In this document: positions 31,493 through 40,594 of the stretch, piece after piece
Layout of the letters: each line of letters starts with the position of its first letter
Numbering within the stretch: the first letter of the stretch is position 1
Translations under genes and position numbers: made by a program
NCBI GenBank assembly: GCA_030747075.1
Contig: JASLLL010000013.1
Span: 628-64,627 of the forward strand
Length of the DNA: 64,000 bases
Direction: 5' to 3'
Origin: Gemmatimonadota bacterium
GTDB lineage: Bacteria; ARS69
The notes under the pieces: model-generated
What the model saw: the letters and a program-made list of their open reading frames with translations, nothing else
Database searches by the model: none
Told to the model about the DNA's origin: nothing

Positions 31493-32623
31493 GTGCGCGT
31501 TGCTCTGGTTCACGACTGGCTGACGGGAATGCGGGGCGGGGAGAGAGTCCTCGAAGTCTTCTGCGACCTCTTCCCGGGGGCGGACCTCTTCACGCTGGTT
31601 CATATTCCCGGCGCAGTCTCTTCGGTGATTGAAGACCGCAGAATCATCACCAGTCCGCTCTCGCGCCTGCCGGGAATCGCCCGGAGTTACCGGTACTTCC
31701 TCCCGCTCTTCCCGGCGATGGTGGAGCGCTTCGACCTTCGCGACTACGATCTCGTGGTGTCGTCCTCGCACTGCGTGGCGAAGGCCGTTCGGCCCGGTCC
31801 CGGCGCACGCCATGTCTCCTATGTGCACACGCCCATGCGGTATCTCTGGGATCGCTACGAAGACTACTTCGGAGGCGGGTGGGCCGGGCCCGCCACGCGC
31901 GCGGCCATGGCGACGCTGCGCGGCCCCTTGCGTCGCTGGGATCGGCGGACCTGCGATCGCGTGGATGCTTTCGTCGCGAACTCGCGCTTCGTCGCCGAGG
32001 CGATCGACCGGATCTATGGACGCACCGCGGAGGTGGTCCATGCGCCGGTGGATACGGATCTCTTCAGCGAGAGTGGGGAACCGCGCGGGGAGGAGTGGCT
32101 GGTCGTCTCCGCATTCGCCCCGTACAAGCGCGTGGATGTGGCCATTCGTGCCGCGCGCCGAGCGGGAGTCCGGCTTGCGATTGTCGGCGTGGGGCCGATG
32201 GAGAGCGATCTCCGTCGGCTTGCCGGTTCGGGCGTCCGCTTCCTCGGGTCGGTCCCGGCGGACGAACTCGTAAGGCTCTACTCCACGGCGCGGGGTCTTC
32301 TCTTCCCCGGCGTGGAGGACTTCGGGATCGTCCCCCTGGAGGCGATGGCGTGCGGATGCCCGGTGGTCGCGCTCGACCGGGGCGGAGCGCTGGAGACGGT
32401 GGTGGGTGCCGAGTGGGCCGGAGACCCGGCTGGCGTTTCGACCGGGGCCACGGGGCTTTTTGTCGGCGAACAGACGCCGGAGGCTTTTGCGCACGGAATC
32501 ACAGTGGTAGAGAGCGCCGAGGTCGCCTTCGATCCGGACGCGTGCCGGAAACGGGCCGAGGAGTTCTCCACCGGGGTATTCCGGAGCCGAATGGCGCAGA
32601 TTCTGGGAATCGTCAGCGCCTGA
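31493..32623 (+). CDS. Glycosyltransferase family 4 (GT-B)
   Basis: MRVALVHDWLTGMRGGERV...; VEDFGIVPLEAMACGCPVV; divergent from minus-strand GT block; GTG start with GGGAGGGG RBS. Confidence 0.85.
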   Translation: MRVALVHDWLTGMRGGERVLEVFCDLFPGADLFTLVHIPGAVSSVIEDRRIITSPLSRLPGIARSYRYFLPLFPAMVERFDLRDYDLVVSSSHCVAKAVRPGPGARHVSYVHTPMRYLWDRYEDYFGGGWAGPATRAAMATLRGPLRRWDRRTCDRVDAFVANSRFVAEAIDRIYGRTAEVVHAPVDTDLFSESGEPRGEEWLVVSAFAPYKRVDVAIRAARRAGVRLAIVGVGPMESDLRRLAGSGVRFLGSVPADELVRLYSTARGLLFPGVEDFGIVPLEAMACGCPVVALDRGGALETVVGAEWAGDPAGVSTGATGLFVGEQTPEAFAHGITVVESAEVAFDPDACRKRAEEFSTGVFRSRMAQILGIVSA

Positions 32624-32735
32624 CCTTCCGACGCTGGGCGTCTTGACACGGGTGCGACGCGGGTGGGACTCTGGCATGGGTTTCCGGGAACCCCGGACCG
32701 GGGTGACTCCGGAACGGGGCCGGGGAGGGGGAGTC

Positions 32736-33317
32736 ATGGACATCGACGGAATCCGGGAGTCCATGACGGAGACCGTGCGCGTGCTGGAGCGTCTCCGGGA
32801 CGAGACCGCTCCGGCAGTGGCCGCCGTCTCCGAGGAGCTTGTTCGGTGTGTGACGGCCGGTGGGCGCATCCTGGTCTGCGGCAATGGAGGGAGCGCGGCG
32901 GACTCCCAGCACATGGCCACGGAACTCACGGTCCGGTTCCGGAAGCAGCGCCGTGCGATTTCCGCGCTTGCCCTCACGGTGGATTCCTCGGTGCTTACCG
33001 CAGCTTCCAACGATCTGGGCTTCGCGAAGGTGTTCAGTCGCCAGGTGGAAGCTCACGGGAAGGCGGGAGATGTGCTGATCGCGATCTCCACCAGTGGGAA
33101 CTCACCGAATGTGGTGGAGGCGGTCCGTGAGGCCCGCGTGCGGGGACTGGTCACCGTGGCGCTCACGGGAGCGGCGGGGGGGGCGCTTGCCTCGGAAGTG
33201 GACCACTGGATCGGCGTGCCTTCCGAAGAGACTCCACAGATTCAGGAAGCGCATCTCGTGGTGGAACACCTGCTCTGCGAAGCCATGGAAGACGCGGTGG
33301 CGGAGGATGCGCCGTGA
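32736..33317 (+). CDS. gmhA: D-sedoheptulose-7-phosphate isomerase (SIS domain)
   Basis: GGRILVCGNGGSAADSQHMATE...ISTSGNSPNV GmhA signature. Confidence 0.85.
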   Translation: MDIDGIRESMTETVRVLERLRDETAPAVAAVSEELVRCVTAGGRILVCGNGGSAADSQHMATELTVRFRKQRRAISALALTVDSSVLTAASNDLGFAKVFSRQVEAHGKAGDVLIAISTSGNSPNVVEAVREARVRGLVTVALTGAAGGALASEVDHWIGVPSEETPQIQEAHLVVEHLLCEAMEDAVAEDAP

Positions 33318-34852
33318 CACCGGGAGACACCACCACGCCTCCGTCCACGGGAGGAGCCCCGCCGACGCTCCCGCGTGCGGCGATCGCGGATCGGGCGATG
33401 CGTCGCATCCTGAAGTCCGCGTCCACCGTTCCGACGCCCTCGGCCTCGTCTCTGGAACCCGCGCTCTTTGCCGCCATCTGGGTGGCACTGGACGGCATCG
33501 CGGTGACGACGGCATTTCTTGCGGCGTACTGGATCCGGTTCACCTCCGCGTGGATTCCCGCTCCACTCGGCGTGCCGCCTCTGGCGACCTATGTGCCGGT
33601 TCTCGCGGTGGTGCTTCCGGTGTCGATCTGGGCTTATCGCCGCTGTGGCCTCTACCGGCCCGGCCGCGTCTCCTCCTTCAGCCGGGATTCGCTGTCCGGC
33701 GTGAGAGCGGCGGCTCTTGCGGTCGTGGTGCTGGTAGCGGCGGCCTTCTTCTACCGCAGCACTTCCTTCTCCCGGGGGTTTGTCGCGCTCTTCTGGGTGG
33801 CGACGACCGTGGCATTCCCGGTGTTTCGCCGCGTGGCATCGGTGGTGCATGGTGGGCTTCGCAAGAGGGGACACGGCGTGGCACGGATCGCCATTCTTGG
33901 CGGGGGAGAGGTGGCGCGTCGGCTGGAGGAAGAGATCCGCTCCGGCCCGGGCTCCGGGTTGATCGTTGCGGCATCACTCGGAGGAGACGACTGGCGTCCG
34001 CCCGGCGTTTCCCCGGAGTCTTCCGAGGATCGAGCGCTGCGGACCGCCAGAGTTCGAAACCTCGTCCGGTCCCGGAGGATTCACCGCATCCTGGTGACGG
34101 ATGCCGGGCTCTCCTTCGACAGCCGCATGGACCTCATGGAAGAGTGCCATTCGCTGGGGATTTCCTGCGGATTCGTCCCGGATCTCTTTGAGGTGCTCGT
34201 GGGGAGGACCCATGTCGAGGACATCGGCGGGTTTCCGCTGGTCGGGTTCCGGATGTTTCCGCTGGACCGATGGGATCGGTTTCAGAAGCGTTCCCTGGAC
34301 ATCGCCGGGTCACTCCTGGGGCTGGTTGCGTTGCTGCCCCTTCTGGCGTTTGTCGCGCTCTGCGTGCGTCTGGATTCGCCCGGTCCGGTCTTCTATCGCC
34401 AGCAGCGTCTGGGGCGGGACGGCCGTGAGTTCGACATTGTGAAGTTCCGTTCGATGCATCCCGGAGTGGAGAGCGACACCGGTCCCGTGCGTGCCCGTCG
34501 TACGGATGGTCGTCCCACTCGGGTGGGACGCGTGATCCGCCGTCTCAGTCTCGATGAGCTCCCTCAGCTGTGGAATGTCCTGCGAGGGGTGATGTCGCTG
34601 GTGGGACCACGCCCGGAGCGGCCTCATTTCGTAAGTGAATACCAGCGCAGAATCCCGCGCTATCTGGAGCGACATGAAGTGAAGTCCGGCATGACCGGCT
34701 GGGCACAGGTCAATGGTTTTCGGGGCGACACATCCATCGAGGGGCGCACCCGACTGGATCTGTGGTATCTGGAGAACTGGTCGCTGGCTCTGGATGTGAA
34801 GATCCTGGTGCTGACGGCCGTTCGGTTTCTCTTTCAGAAGGAGGCATTCTGA
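33314..34852 (+). CDS. Polyprenyl-phosphate hexose-1-phosphate transferase (WbaP/bacterial sugar transferase family), initiating enzyme
   Basis: N-terminal TM helices, CoA-binding-like linker, C-terminal bacterial sugar transferase domain (DIVKFRSM...DELPQLWNVLRGVMSLVGPRP). Confidence 0.85.
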   Translation: MTPGDTTTPPSTGGAPPTLPRAAIADRAMRRILKSASTVPTPSASSLEPALFAAIWVALDGIAVTTAFLAAYWIRFTSAWIPAPLGVPPLATYVPVLAVVLPVSIWAYRRCGLYRPGRVSSFSRDSLSGVRAAALAVVVLVAAAFFYRSTSFSRGFVALFWVATTVAFPVFRRVASVVHGGLRKRGHGVARIAILGGGEVARRLEEEIRSGPGSGLIVAASLGGDDWRPPGVSPESSEDRALRTARVRNLVRSRRIHRILVTDAGLSFDSRMDLMEECHSLGISCGFVPDLFEVLVGRTHVEDIGGFPLVGFRMFPLDRWDRFQKRSLDIAGSLLGLVALLPLLAFVALCVRLDSPGPVFYRQQRLGRDGREFDIVKFRSMHPGVESDTGPVRARRTDGRPTRVGRVIRRLSLDELPQLWNVLRGVMSLVGPRPERPHFVSEYQRRIPRYLERHEVKSGMTGWAQVNGFRGDTSIEGRTRLDLWYLENWSLALDVKILVLTAVRFLFQKEAF

Positions 34853-34865
34853 TGCCCATCGGAGA

Positions 34866-35243
34866 ATGCACTTGATGAGGAATGTACTGCTCATTCTGGT
34901 GTGCGTCGCCCTCGGCGTCTGCGGACAACTTCTGCTGAAGCACGGGATGAGTTCGCCCGGTATCCGTGTCACCGCGGCTTCCCAGATTCCTGCCATGATC
35001 GGGCGGGCGATCGCTACGCCTTCGGTCGTCTCCGGCTTCCTCTTCTACGGGCTCTCGTCCGTGTTGTGGCTCGTCATCCTCACGAGAGTGGAGCTTTCCA
35101 TGGCCTACCCGATGCTCTCCATCGGATATGTGCTGGTCGTGTTTCTCTCGCGGTTCTTCTTCCATGAGCATGTGACTCCCATGCGCATTCTGGGGACACT
35201 CGTCGTTTGTCTTGGCGTGTTCCTGATCTCGCGATCCCAATGA
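34866..35243 (+). CDS. Small 4-TM DMT/SMR-like membrane protein (ArnE/ArnF-like flippase subunit)
   Basis: 125 aa, 4 predicted TM helices, EamA-like; family assignment by architecture only. Confidence 0.6.
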   Translation: MHLMRNVLLILVCVALGVCGQLLLKHGMSSPGIRVTAASQIPAMIGRAIATPSVVSGFLFYGLSSVLWLVILTRVELSMAYPMLSIGYVLVVFLSRFFFHEHVTPMRILGTLVVCLGVFLISRSQ

Positions 35244-35899
35244 GCACCGCCGAGACGACGCGCCCCATCGTCATTGGGATTGCAGGCGGGAGCGGGTCCG
35301 GGAAGACCACGGTCGCCCTGCGTGTGGCGGACCATTTCGAGAATCGGAAGGTGGTCATTCTCCATCACGACAGCTACTACCGGGATCGATCCGATCTCCC
35401 GCTGGAGGACCGGCGGCGCCTCAACTACGATCACCCGGACTCCTTCGAGAATGAACTGGTGGTCGAGCACCTGGTGGCGCTTCGTACGGGAGAGGCGATT
35501 CCACGCCCGACCTACAACTACGAGAGCCACTGCCGCGAGGAGAAGCCTGTCTCCGTGGGGCCAGCGCACATCATTCTCCTGGAGGGGATTCTCGTATTGG
35601 ATATCCCGGAGATCCGGGAGTTGCTGGACATCAAGCTGTATGTGGACTGCGCGGCGGACGAACGGCTGACGCGCCGCATCCTGCGCGATCTCCACGAACG
35701 CGGCCGTTCCGTGCATTCGGTTCTGAATCAGTACACGGACACGGTCCGCCCCATGCATCTTCAGTTCGTGGAACCGTCCAAGCGTCACGCGGATGTGATC
35801 ATCCCGAGGGGCGGGTTCAACGAGGTCGCCATAGACCTGATCGTTTCCCGGATGCGTGAGATTCTCACCAGACTCAGCGAAGTCGAGGTGGAGCGATGA
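35240..35899 (+). CDS. udk: Uridine kinase
   Basis: IVIGIAGGSGSGKTT P-loop, NYDHPDSF, full-length similarity to Udk; ATGA-like overlap with upstream gene. Confidence 0.85.
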   Translation: MSTAETTRPIVIGIAGGSGSGKTTVALRVADHFENRKVVILHHDSYYRDRSDLPLEDRRRLNYDHPDSFENELVVEHLVALRTGEAIPRPTYNYESHCREEKPVSVGPAHIILLEGILVLDIPEIRELLDIKLYVDCAADERLTRRILRDLHERGRSVHSVLNQYTDTVRPMHLQFVEPSKRHADVIIPRGGFNEVAIDLIVSRMREILTRLSEVEVER

Positions 35900-36780
35900 C
35901 CGCCCTCATCACGCTGGCGCGCCCCCGCCAGTGGATCAAGAATATCGTGGTGTTCGCGGGCGTCGTGTTCGCCGGGAGGCTGGGGGATCCTGCCTTCGCG
36001 GTCAGAGCGGCGGCCGCGTTCGCCATCTTCTGCGTGCTGTCGAGCGCCATCTATGTGTTCAACGACTTGATGGATGTGGAGAAGGACCGTCTCCATCCCC
36101 GCAAGCGCACACGGCCGTTGGCCTCGGGAAGGGTCGGGCGCCCGATTGCGGCGGTGTTCCTGTTGGCGCTTGTGCTGGCGGGACTCTTCGCGGCATTCCG
36201 GGCGGGGCCGCGCTTCGGACAGGCGGCGGTGGCGTTCCTGCTCCTCAACGGGATGTACTCGCTGTGGCTCAAGCGGCACGCCATGATCGATGTCATGTGC
36301 ATCTCCGTGAGCTTTCTGATTCGGGCCATTGCAGGGGTGCGGATTCTTCAGGACGCGGACCCGACCGTGGCTCTCTCCAACTGGCTGCTTCTGTGTACTT
36401 TTTTCCTGGCGCTCTTTCTGGGATTCGGGAAGCGAAGGTCGGAACTGGTTCTCCTGGAGGGGGATGCTTCTGAGCATCGCGCATCGCTGGGCGAGTACTC
36501 GGTGGAACTTCTCGACATGGTGATTTCCATCGTGACCACCAGTGCAATCCTGTCCTTTTCCATCTACACAATCTGGCCGGAGACCATCGCGAATCTCGGC
36601 ACGGACAAACTCGTTTACACGGTGCCGGTCGTCATGTATGGCTTCCTCCGGTATCTGTTCCTGATCAGGGAGAGGGGGCTCGGGGGCAACCCGTCGGAAA
36701 TCCTCTTCCGGGATCCCCCCCTGTTGGCCGGAGTGGTGGCGTGGGTCGTCGCGGTGGTCGGCCTTCTGTATCTCCGCTGA
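35896..36780 (+). CDS. UbiA-family prenyltransferase, decaprenyl-phosphate phosphoribosyltransferase-like
   Basis: QWIKNIVVFAGVVFAG...NDLMDVEKDRLHPRKRTRPLASGRV: Asp-rich UbiA motifs and overall architecture as DPPR synthase (Rv3806c type). Confidence 0.7.
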   Translation: MTALITLARPRQWIKNIVVFAGVVFAGRLGDPAFAVRAAAAFAIFCVLSSAIYVFNDLMDVEKDRLHPRKRTRPLASGRVGRPIAAVFLLALVLAGLFAAFRAGPRFGQAAVAFLLLNGMYSLWLKRHAMIDVMCISVSFLIRAIAGVRILQDADPTVALSNWLLLCTFFLALFLGFGKRRSELVLLEGDASEHRASLGEYSVELLDMVISIVTTSAILSFSIYTIWPETIANLGTDKLVYTVPVVMYGFLRYLFLIRERGLGGNPSEILFRDPPLLAGVVAWVVAVVGLLYLR

Positions 36781-36804
36781 TCCATTGCCGGGGAGGGACC
36801 AGGA

Positions 36805-37683
36805 GTGAAGAAACTCGTCGTTGAATCCCCCGCGAAGGTGAACCTGTCGCTGGAAGTGCTGGGTAGGCGCGCGGACGGGTACCATTCTCTTCGCGGTATC
36901 ATGGTTCCCGTAACGCTGGAAGATGTCGTCACCTTCACGCCGGGCGGGCGGGGGTTCGTCTTCCACGCAGGCCAGGGAACTCCCCGTGGCGAAGGCAACC
37001 TTGCCCATCGGGCAGCGACGCTCCTCATGGAAAGAACCGGAGTTCGGCACGCGCTGGATCTCCGCGTCCTGAAGAGAATCCCGGTGGCGGCGGGACTCGG
37101 CGGCGGCAGCTCGGATGCGGCGGCGGTACTGGCCGGGCTCAACCGAATGTGGGACCTGGGTCTGTCCGGCGCGGATCTGGAGAGTCTGGGGCTGGAGCTC
37201 GGCTCGGATGTCCCGTTCTTCCTTCGCGGGGGGATCTGTGTTGCAGAGGGGCGCGGAGAGGAACTGGAGCGCCTGTCGGTGCCGGTCGTGCCGGAGTTCG
37301 TGCTGGTTCATCCTCCCATTCGGGTTTCCGCGGGATGGGCCTTCGATCACATTCCGGAAGAACACCCCCGGGCAACGGGCGCGACCAACATGCTCCGCGT
37401 GGCACTGGCGACCGGGCGGCCGGAACTCCTTGGGCCGCACCTGGTCAATGATCTTCAGCCGGGAGTAGAGGCGGAACACCCGATCGTCCGGGAAATCCGG
37501 GAGCGGCTTCTTTCGGCCGGAGCCCTCGGAGCGGTCATGTCGGGCAGTGGTCCGACGGTCCTGGGTGTGAGTGCCGACGCGGAGAGCGCGAACCGCGTTG
37601 CGGCGGAGATGGAGGATTCCCGCTGGAGGGTCTATCGCGCGTCGGTGGCATCGAGTCAGGTGGAGGAGACGACCTCCCCCTGA
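36805..37683 (+). CDS. ispE: 4-diphosphocytidyl-2-C-methyl-D-erythritol kinase
   Basis: PAKVNLSLEV...GHKM-kinase motifs PVAAGLGGGSSDAAA. Confidence 0.9.
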   Translation: MKKLVVESPAKVNLSLEVLGRRADGYHSLRGIMVPVTLEDVVTFTPGGRGFVFHAGQGTPRGEGNLAHRAATLLMERTGVRHALDLRVLKRIPVAAGLGGGSSDAAAVLAGLNRMWDLGLSGADLESLGLELGSDVPFFLRGGICVAEGRGEELERLSVPVVPEFVLVHPPIRVSAGWAFDHIPEEHPRATGATNMLRVALATGRPELLGPHLVNDLQPGVEAEHPIVREIRERLLSAGALGAVMSGSGPTVLGVSADAESANRVAAEMEDSRWRVYRASVASSQVEETTSP

Positions 37684-37724
37684 AGACAGGGTGGCTGGGA
37701 GTGTGGGAGCGGGGGGATGCATCC

Positions 37725-38033
37725 ATGGAAATCACCGAGGTCCGTATATCTCTTCGAGAAGAAGAGAAGCTGAAGGCGTTCGTGACCATCACCTTCGACG
37801 GATGTTTTGTCGTCCGGGGGGCGAAGGTCATTGACGGGAACCAGGGGCTTTTCGTCGCCATGCCGAGCCGCCGAAAGTCAGACGGGACATTTCAGGATGT
37901 CGCCCACCCGATCTGCGCGGAGATGCGAAGGGAACTGGAGGAGCAGGTTCTCGACGAGTACTATATCGAAGCGGAGCGGCAGGATGAGCCGGCCCGGGAG
38001 TATGCGGACGCTTCGAGGGACGCAGGCGGTTGA
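37725..38033 (+). CDS. spoVG: Septation protein SpoVG
   Basis: MEITEVRISL...KLKAFVTITFDGCFVVRGAKVIDGNQGLFVAMPSR near-canonical SpoVG. Confidence 0.9.
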   Translation: MEITEVRISLREEEKLKAFVTITFDGCFVVRGAKVIDGNQGLFVAMPSRRKSDGTFQDVAHPICAEMRRELEEQVLDEYYIEAERQDEPAREYADASRDAGG

Positions 38034-38077
38034 TTCTCGTCCCCCTGGGGGGGGCGCTCTTCCGGGCGGGATCACGC

Positions 38078-38152
38078 TGGGGCGTCGTCAAGTGGTAAGA
38101 CACCGGCCTTTGGAGCCGGCATTCGGAGGTTCGAATCCTCCCGCCCCAGCCA
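38078..38152 (+). tRNA. tRNA-Gln (anticodon TTG)
   Basis: 75 nt, close to E. coli tRNA-Gln (TGGGG...AAGcGGTAAG...CCGGc.TTTGga...TTCGAATCC), CCA. Confidence 0.85.
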
Positions 38153-38247
38153 TCACGCGTCGCCGGATTCAGCTTGCCCCGCCCCCGGGATCCTCGCTAG
38201 AATGCGCGCCCGTTCTGCGCCCTTCCTGTTCCGGAGGAGAGTGACCC

Positions 38248-39186
38248 TTGGCGGACGACATGGTTCTGTTCTCGGGGACGGCCCATCCCGACCTGGCCGC
38301 CCGGATCGCGGACGAGCTTGGAACAAAGCTCGGGTCCGCGGAGATCTCCCGTTTCTCCGACGGAGAGGTCTTCGTGAAGCTGAACGAGAATGTCCGGGGC
38401 GTGGATGTCTTCATCATCCAGCCGACGCTGGCCGGTGCGGATCACCTGATGGAGCTGTACATGCTCATGGACGCGGCTTCGCGTGCCTCGGCCGCCCGAA
38501 TCACCGCAGTGATTCCGTACTTCGGATACGCCCGGCAGGATCGCAAGGACCAGCCGCGCGTCTCCCTGGCCGCAAAGCTCGTGGCCAATCTCATCACGAC
38601 CGCCGGAGCGGACCGCGTGCTGGCCATGGATCTTCACGCTTCGCAGATTCAAGGGTTCTTCGACATTCCGGTGGATCACCTGTACGCCGCGCCGCTGTTT
38701 ACAGAGCACTTCTCGCGGTTTGATCCGGGGGAGATCACGGTGGTCGCCCCGGACCTCGGCAGCGTGAAGATGGCGCGCGCCTACGCGAAGCGACTCGGCG
38801 CGTCGTTGGCCATTGTGGAAAAGAGGCGGCCCAAGGCGAACGAGGCGGAGGTGATGAATGTCATCGGCGCCAGCGAGGTGGCGGGGCGGAACCTGCTGAT
38901 CATCGACGACATGATCGACACGGGGAAGACGCTCGTTCAGGCGGCGAAGGCCCTCCGGGAGGCGGGTGCGCGGGACATCTATGCGTGCGCTACGCACGCG
39001 GTCCTGTCCGGCGAAGCCCGGACGCGTCTCTTCGAGTCGGATGTGTCCGGGCTGATTGTCACCGACACGATTCCACCCGGAGATTCCACCGACCGGATTA
39101 CCGTGCTGTCCACGGCTTCTCTTTTTGCAGAGGCGATCCTCCGGATTCACCGGATGGAGTCGCTCTCGGTGTTGTTCGACAACTGA
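38248..39186 (+). CDS. prs: Ribose-phosphate pyrophosphokinase
   Basis: Full-length Prs with PRPP-binding loop LIIDDMIDTGKT; start TTG 38248 or ATG 38260. Confidence 0.9.
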   Translation: MADDMVLFSGTAHPDLAARIADELGTKLGSAEISRFSDGEVFVKLNENVRGVDVFIIQPTLAGADHLMELYMLMDAASRASAARITAVIPYFGYARQDRKDQPRVSLAAKLVANLITTAGADRVLAMDLHASQIQGFFDIPVDHLYAAPLFTEHFSRFDPGEITVVAPDLGSVKMARAYAKRLGASLAIVEKRRPKANEAEVMNVIGASEVAGRNLLIIDDMIDTGKTLVQAAKALREAGARDIYACATHAVLSGEARTRLFESDVSGLIVTDTIPPGDSTDRITVLSTASLFAEAILRIHRMESLSVLFDN

Positions 39187-39233
39187 GTTTCACTGCCTGA
39201 CTCTTCGGGGCGGGCCCAGCAAGGAATGCGTAC

Positions 39234-39932
39234 ATGAAGACGATCCAGATTGAAGCAGCGCCCCGGGAGCGGCTCGGGAAGGGCGGAGCCCGTACTCTCC
39301 GCCGCGAGGGGCGCATTCCGGCGGCTCTCTACGGGCAGGGCCGGATGGAGTCGCTGTCCGTGGGACGCAAGGAGTACCTGGAAGCGCTGGCCGAATCCCA
39401 CGGCGACAATGTCCTGTTTGATGTCGTGATCAGTGGCGGCGATCCGCTGCGGGCGATCGTGCGTGAGACCCAGATCGATGTGCTGAGTCGCGAGATCACC
39501 CACCTCGACTTCCACCACATCTCCATGACGGAGAAGATCCGCGTGGCGGTGGCTATTCACCTCACGGGTGAACCCGAGGGCGTGAAGACTTTCGGCGGCG
39601 TGCTGGAGCATGTCACCCGGGAGGTCGAGGTCCTGTGTCTCCCGTCGGACATTCCGTCTCATCTGGAAGTGGATGTCTCGGGGCTCTTGATCGGCGATTC
39701 AGTCCATGTCTCGGACCTCGCCGCGTACGGAGCCGACATCCAGGAGGAATCCGACCGCGTGATTGCCATGGTCGCCGCCCCGACGGTGGTTGAAGAGCCG
39801 ACGGAGGAGGAAGAAGAAGGCGAAGAGGGTGCCGAGGGTGCCGAGGGTGCCGAGGGTGCCGAGGGTGCCGAGGAAGGTGCCGAGAAGGCCGAAGGTGCGG
39901 AGGATTCCGGGGACGATGGGGCGAAGTCCTGA
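39234..39932 (+). CDS. rplY: 50S ribosomal protein L25 / general stress protein Ctc, with acidic Gly-Ala-Glu repeat tail
   Basis: MKTIQIEAAPRERLGKGGARTLRREGRIPAALYG canonical; C-terminal EEEGEEGAEGAEGAEGAEGAE. Confidence 0.9.
   Translation: MKTIQIEAAPRERLGKGGARTLRREGRIPAALYGQGRMESLSVGRKEYLEALAESHGDNVLFDVVISGGDPLRAIVRETQIDVLSREITHLDFHHISMTEKIRVAVAIHLTGEPEGVKTFGGVLEHVTREVEVLCLPSDIPSHLEVDVSGLLIGDSVHVSDLAAYGADIQEESDRVIAMVAAPTVVEEPTEEEEEGEEGAEGAEGAEGAEGAEEGAEKAEGAEDSGDDGAKS
39828..39875 (+). repeat. 9-nt tandem repeat (ggtgccgag) x4 perfect + 1 after 3-nt spacer, coding GAE repeats in rplY tail
   Basis: Read directly from sequence. Confidence 0.9.
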
Positions 39933-40512
39933 ATCTGTGGATTTCATCGTCTTCGGGCTGGGAAATCCGGGCGCGGAATACGCCCGGACCCGGCACAACC
40001 TGGGCGTGATGGTCGTAGACGCGCTGGCCGGGGGTTCCGAAGGAGCGTTCCGTGCGGGCGCGGGCTCCTGGGTGGAGCGTCGCTTTACGGAAGGTCGGCG
40101 AACGGGAGTTCTGGCGCGTTCGCTCTTGTGGATGAATCGGTGCGGGGAGTCGGCGCGTGAGGTTCTGGACTCGCACGCCGTCGCCCCGGAGGACTTTCTG
40201 GCCGTTTCGGATGATCTGGATCTCCCCCTCGGGCGGGTTCGATTTCGTCGGGACGGGGGCGAGGGCGGGCACCGGGGGATTCGCTCGGTGATCGAGGCTT
40301 TGGGAACGGAGGCGTTTCCCCGCTTGAGGCTGGGGATCGGTCGTCCGGAGGTGGAGGCGGCGCGTGCGGGCGTTGTGGAGCATGTGCTGGACGCGTTCCG
40401 GGAAGAGGAGCGCGAGGCGGTCGATCGGACCGTGGCCGTGGCGGTGGATGGTGTCCGGTTTTTCCTTCGGGAGGGCGTGGACGCGGCCATGAACGAGTTC
40501 AACGCCGGCTGA
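39916..40512 (+). CDS. pth: Peptidyl-tRNA hydrolase
   Basis: [22 protein letters not shown] canonical Pth N-terminus; ATG inside rplY 3' end. Confidence 0.85.
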   Translation: MGRSPESVDFIVFGLGNPGAEYARTRHNLGVMVVDALAGGSEGAFRAGAGSWVERRFTEGRRTGVLARSLLWMNRCGESAREVLDSHAVAPEDFLAVSDDLDLPLGRVRFRRDGGEGGHRGIRSVIEALGTEAFPRLRLGIGRPEVEAARAGVVEHVLDAFREEEREAVDRTVAVAVDGVRFFLREGVDAAMNEFNAG

Positions 40513-40594
40513 TGGATTTAGTCGGTTTTCGCGGGGACGGGCAGGTTGCGCGTCCCTTTTTCCGAGTGTTCTGAATCGGGGGTTTTTGCACCAC

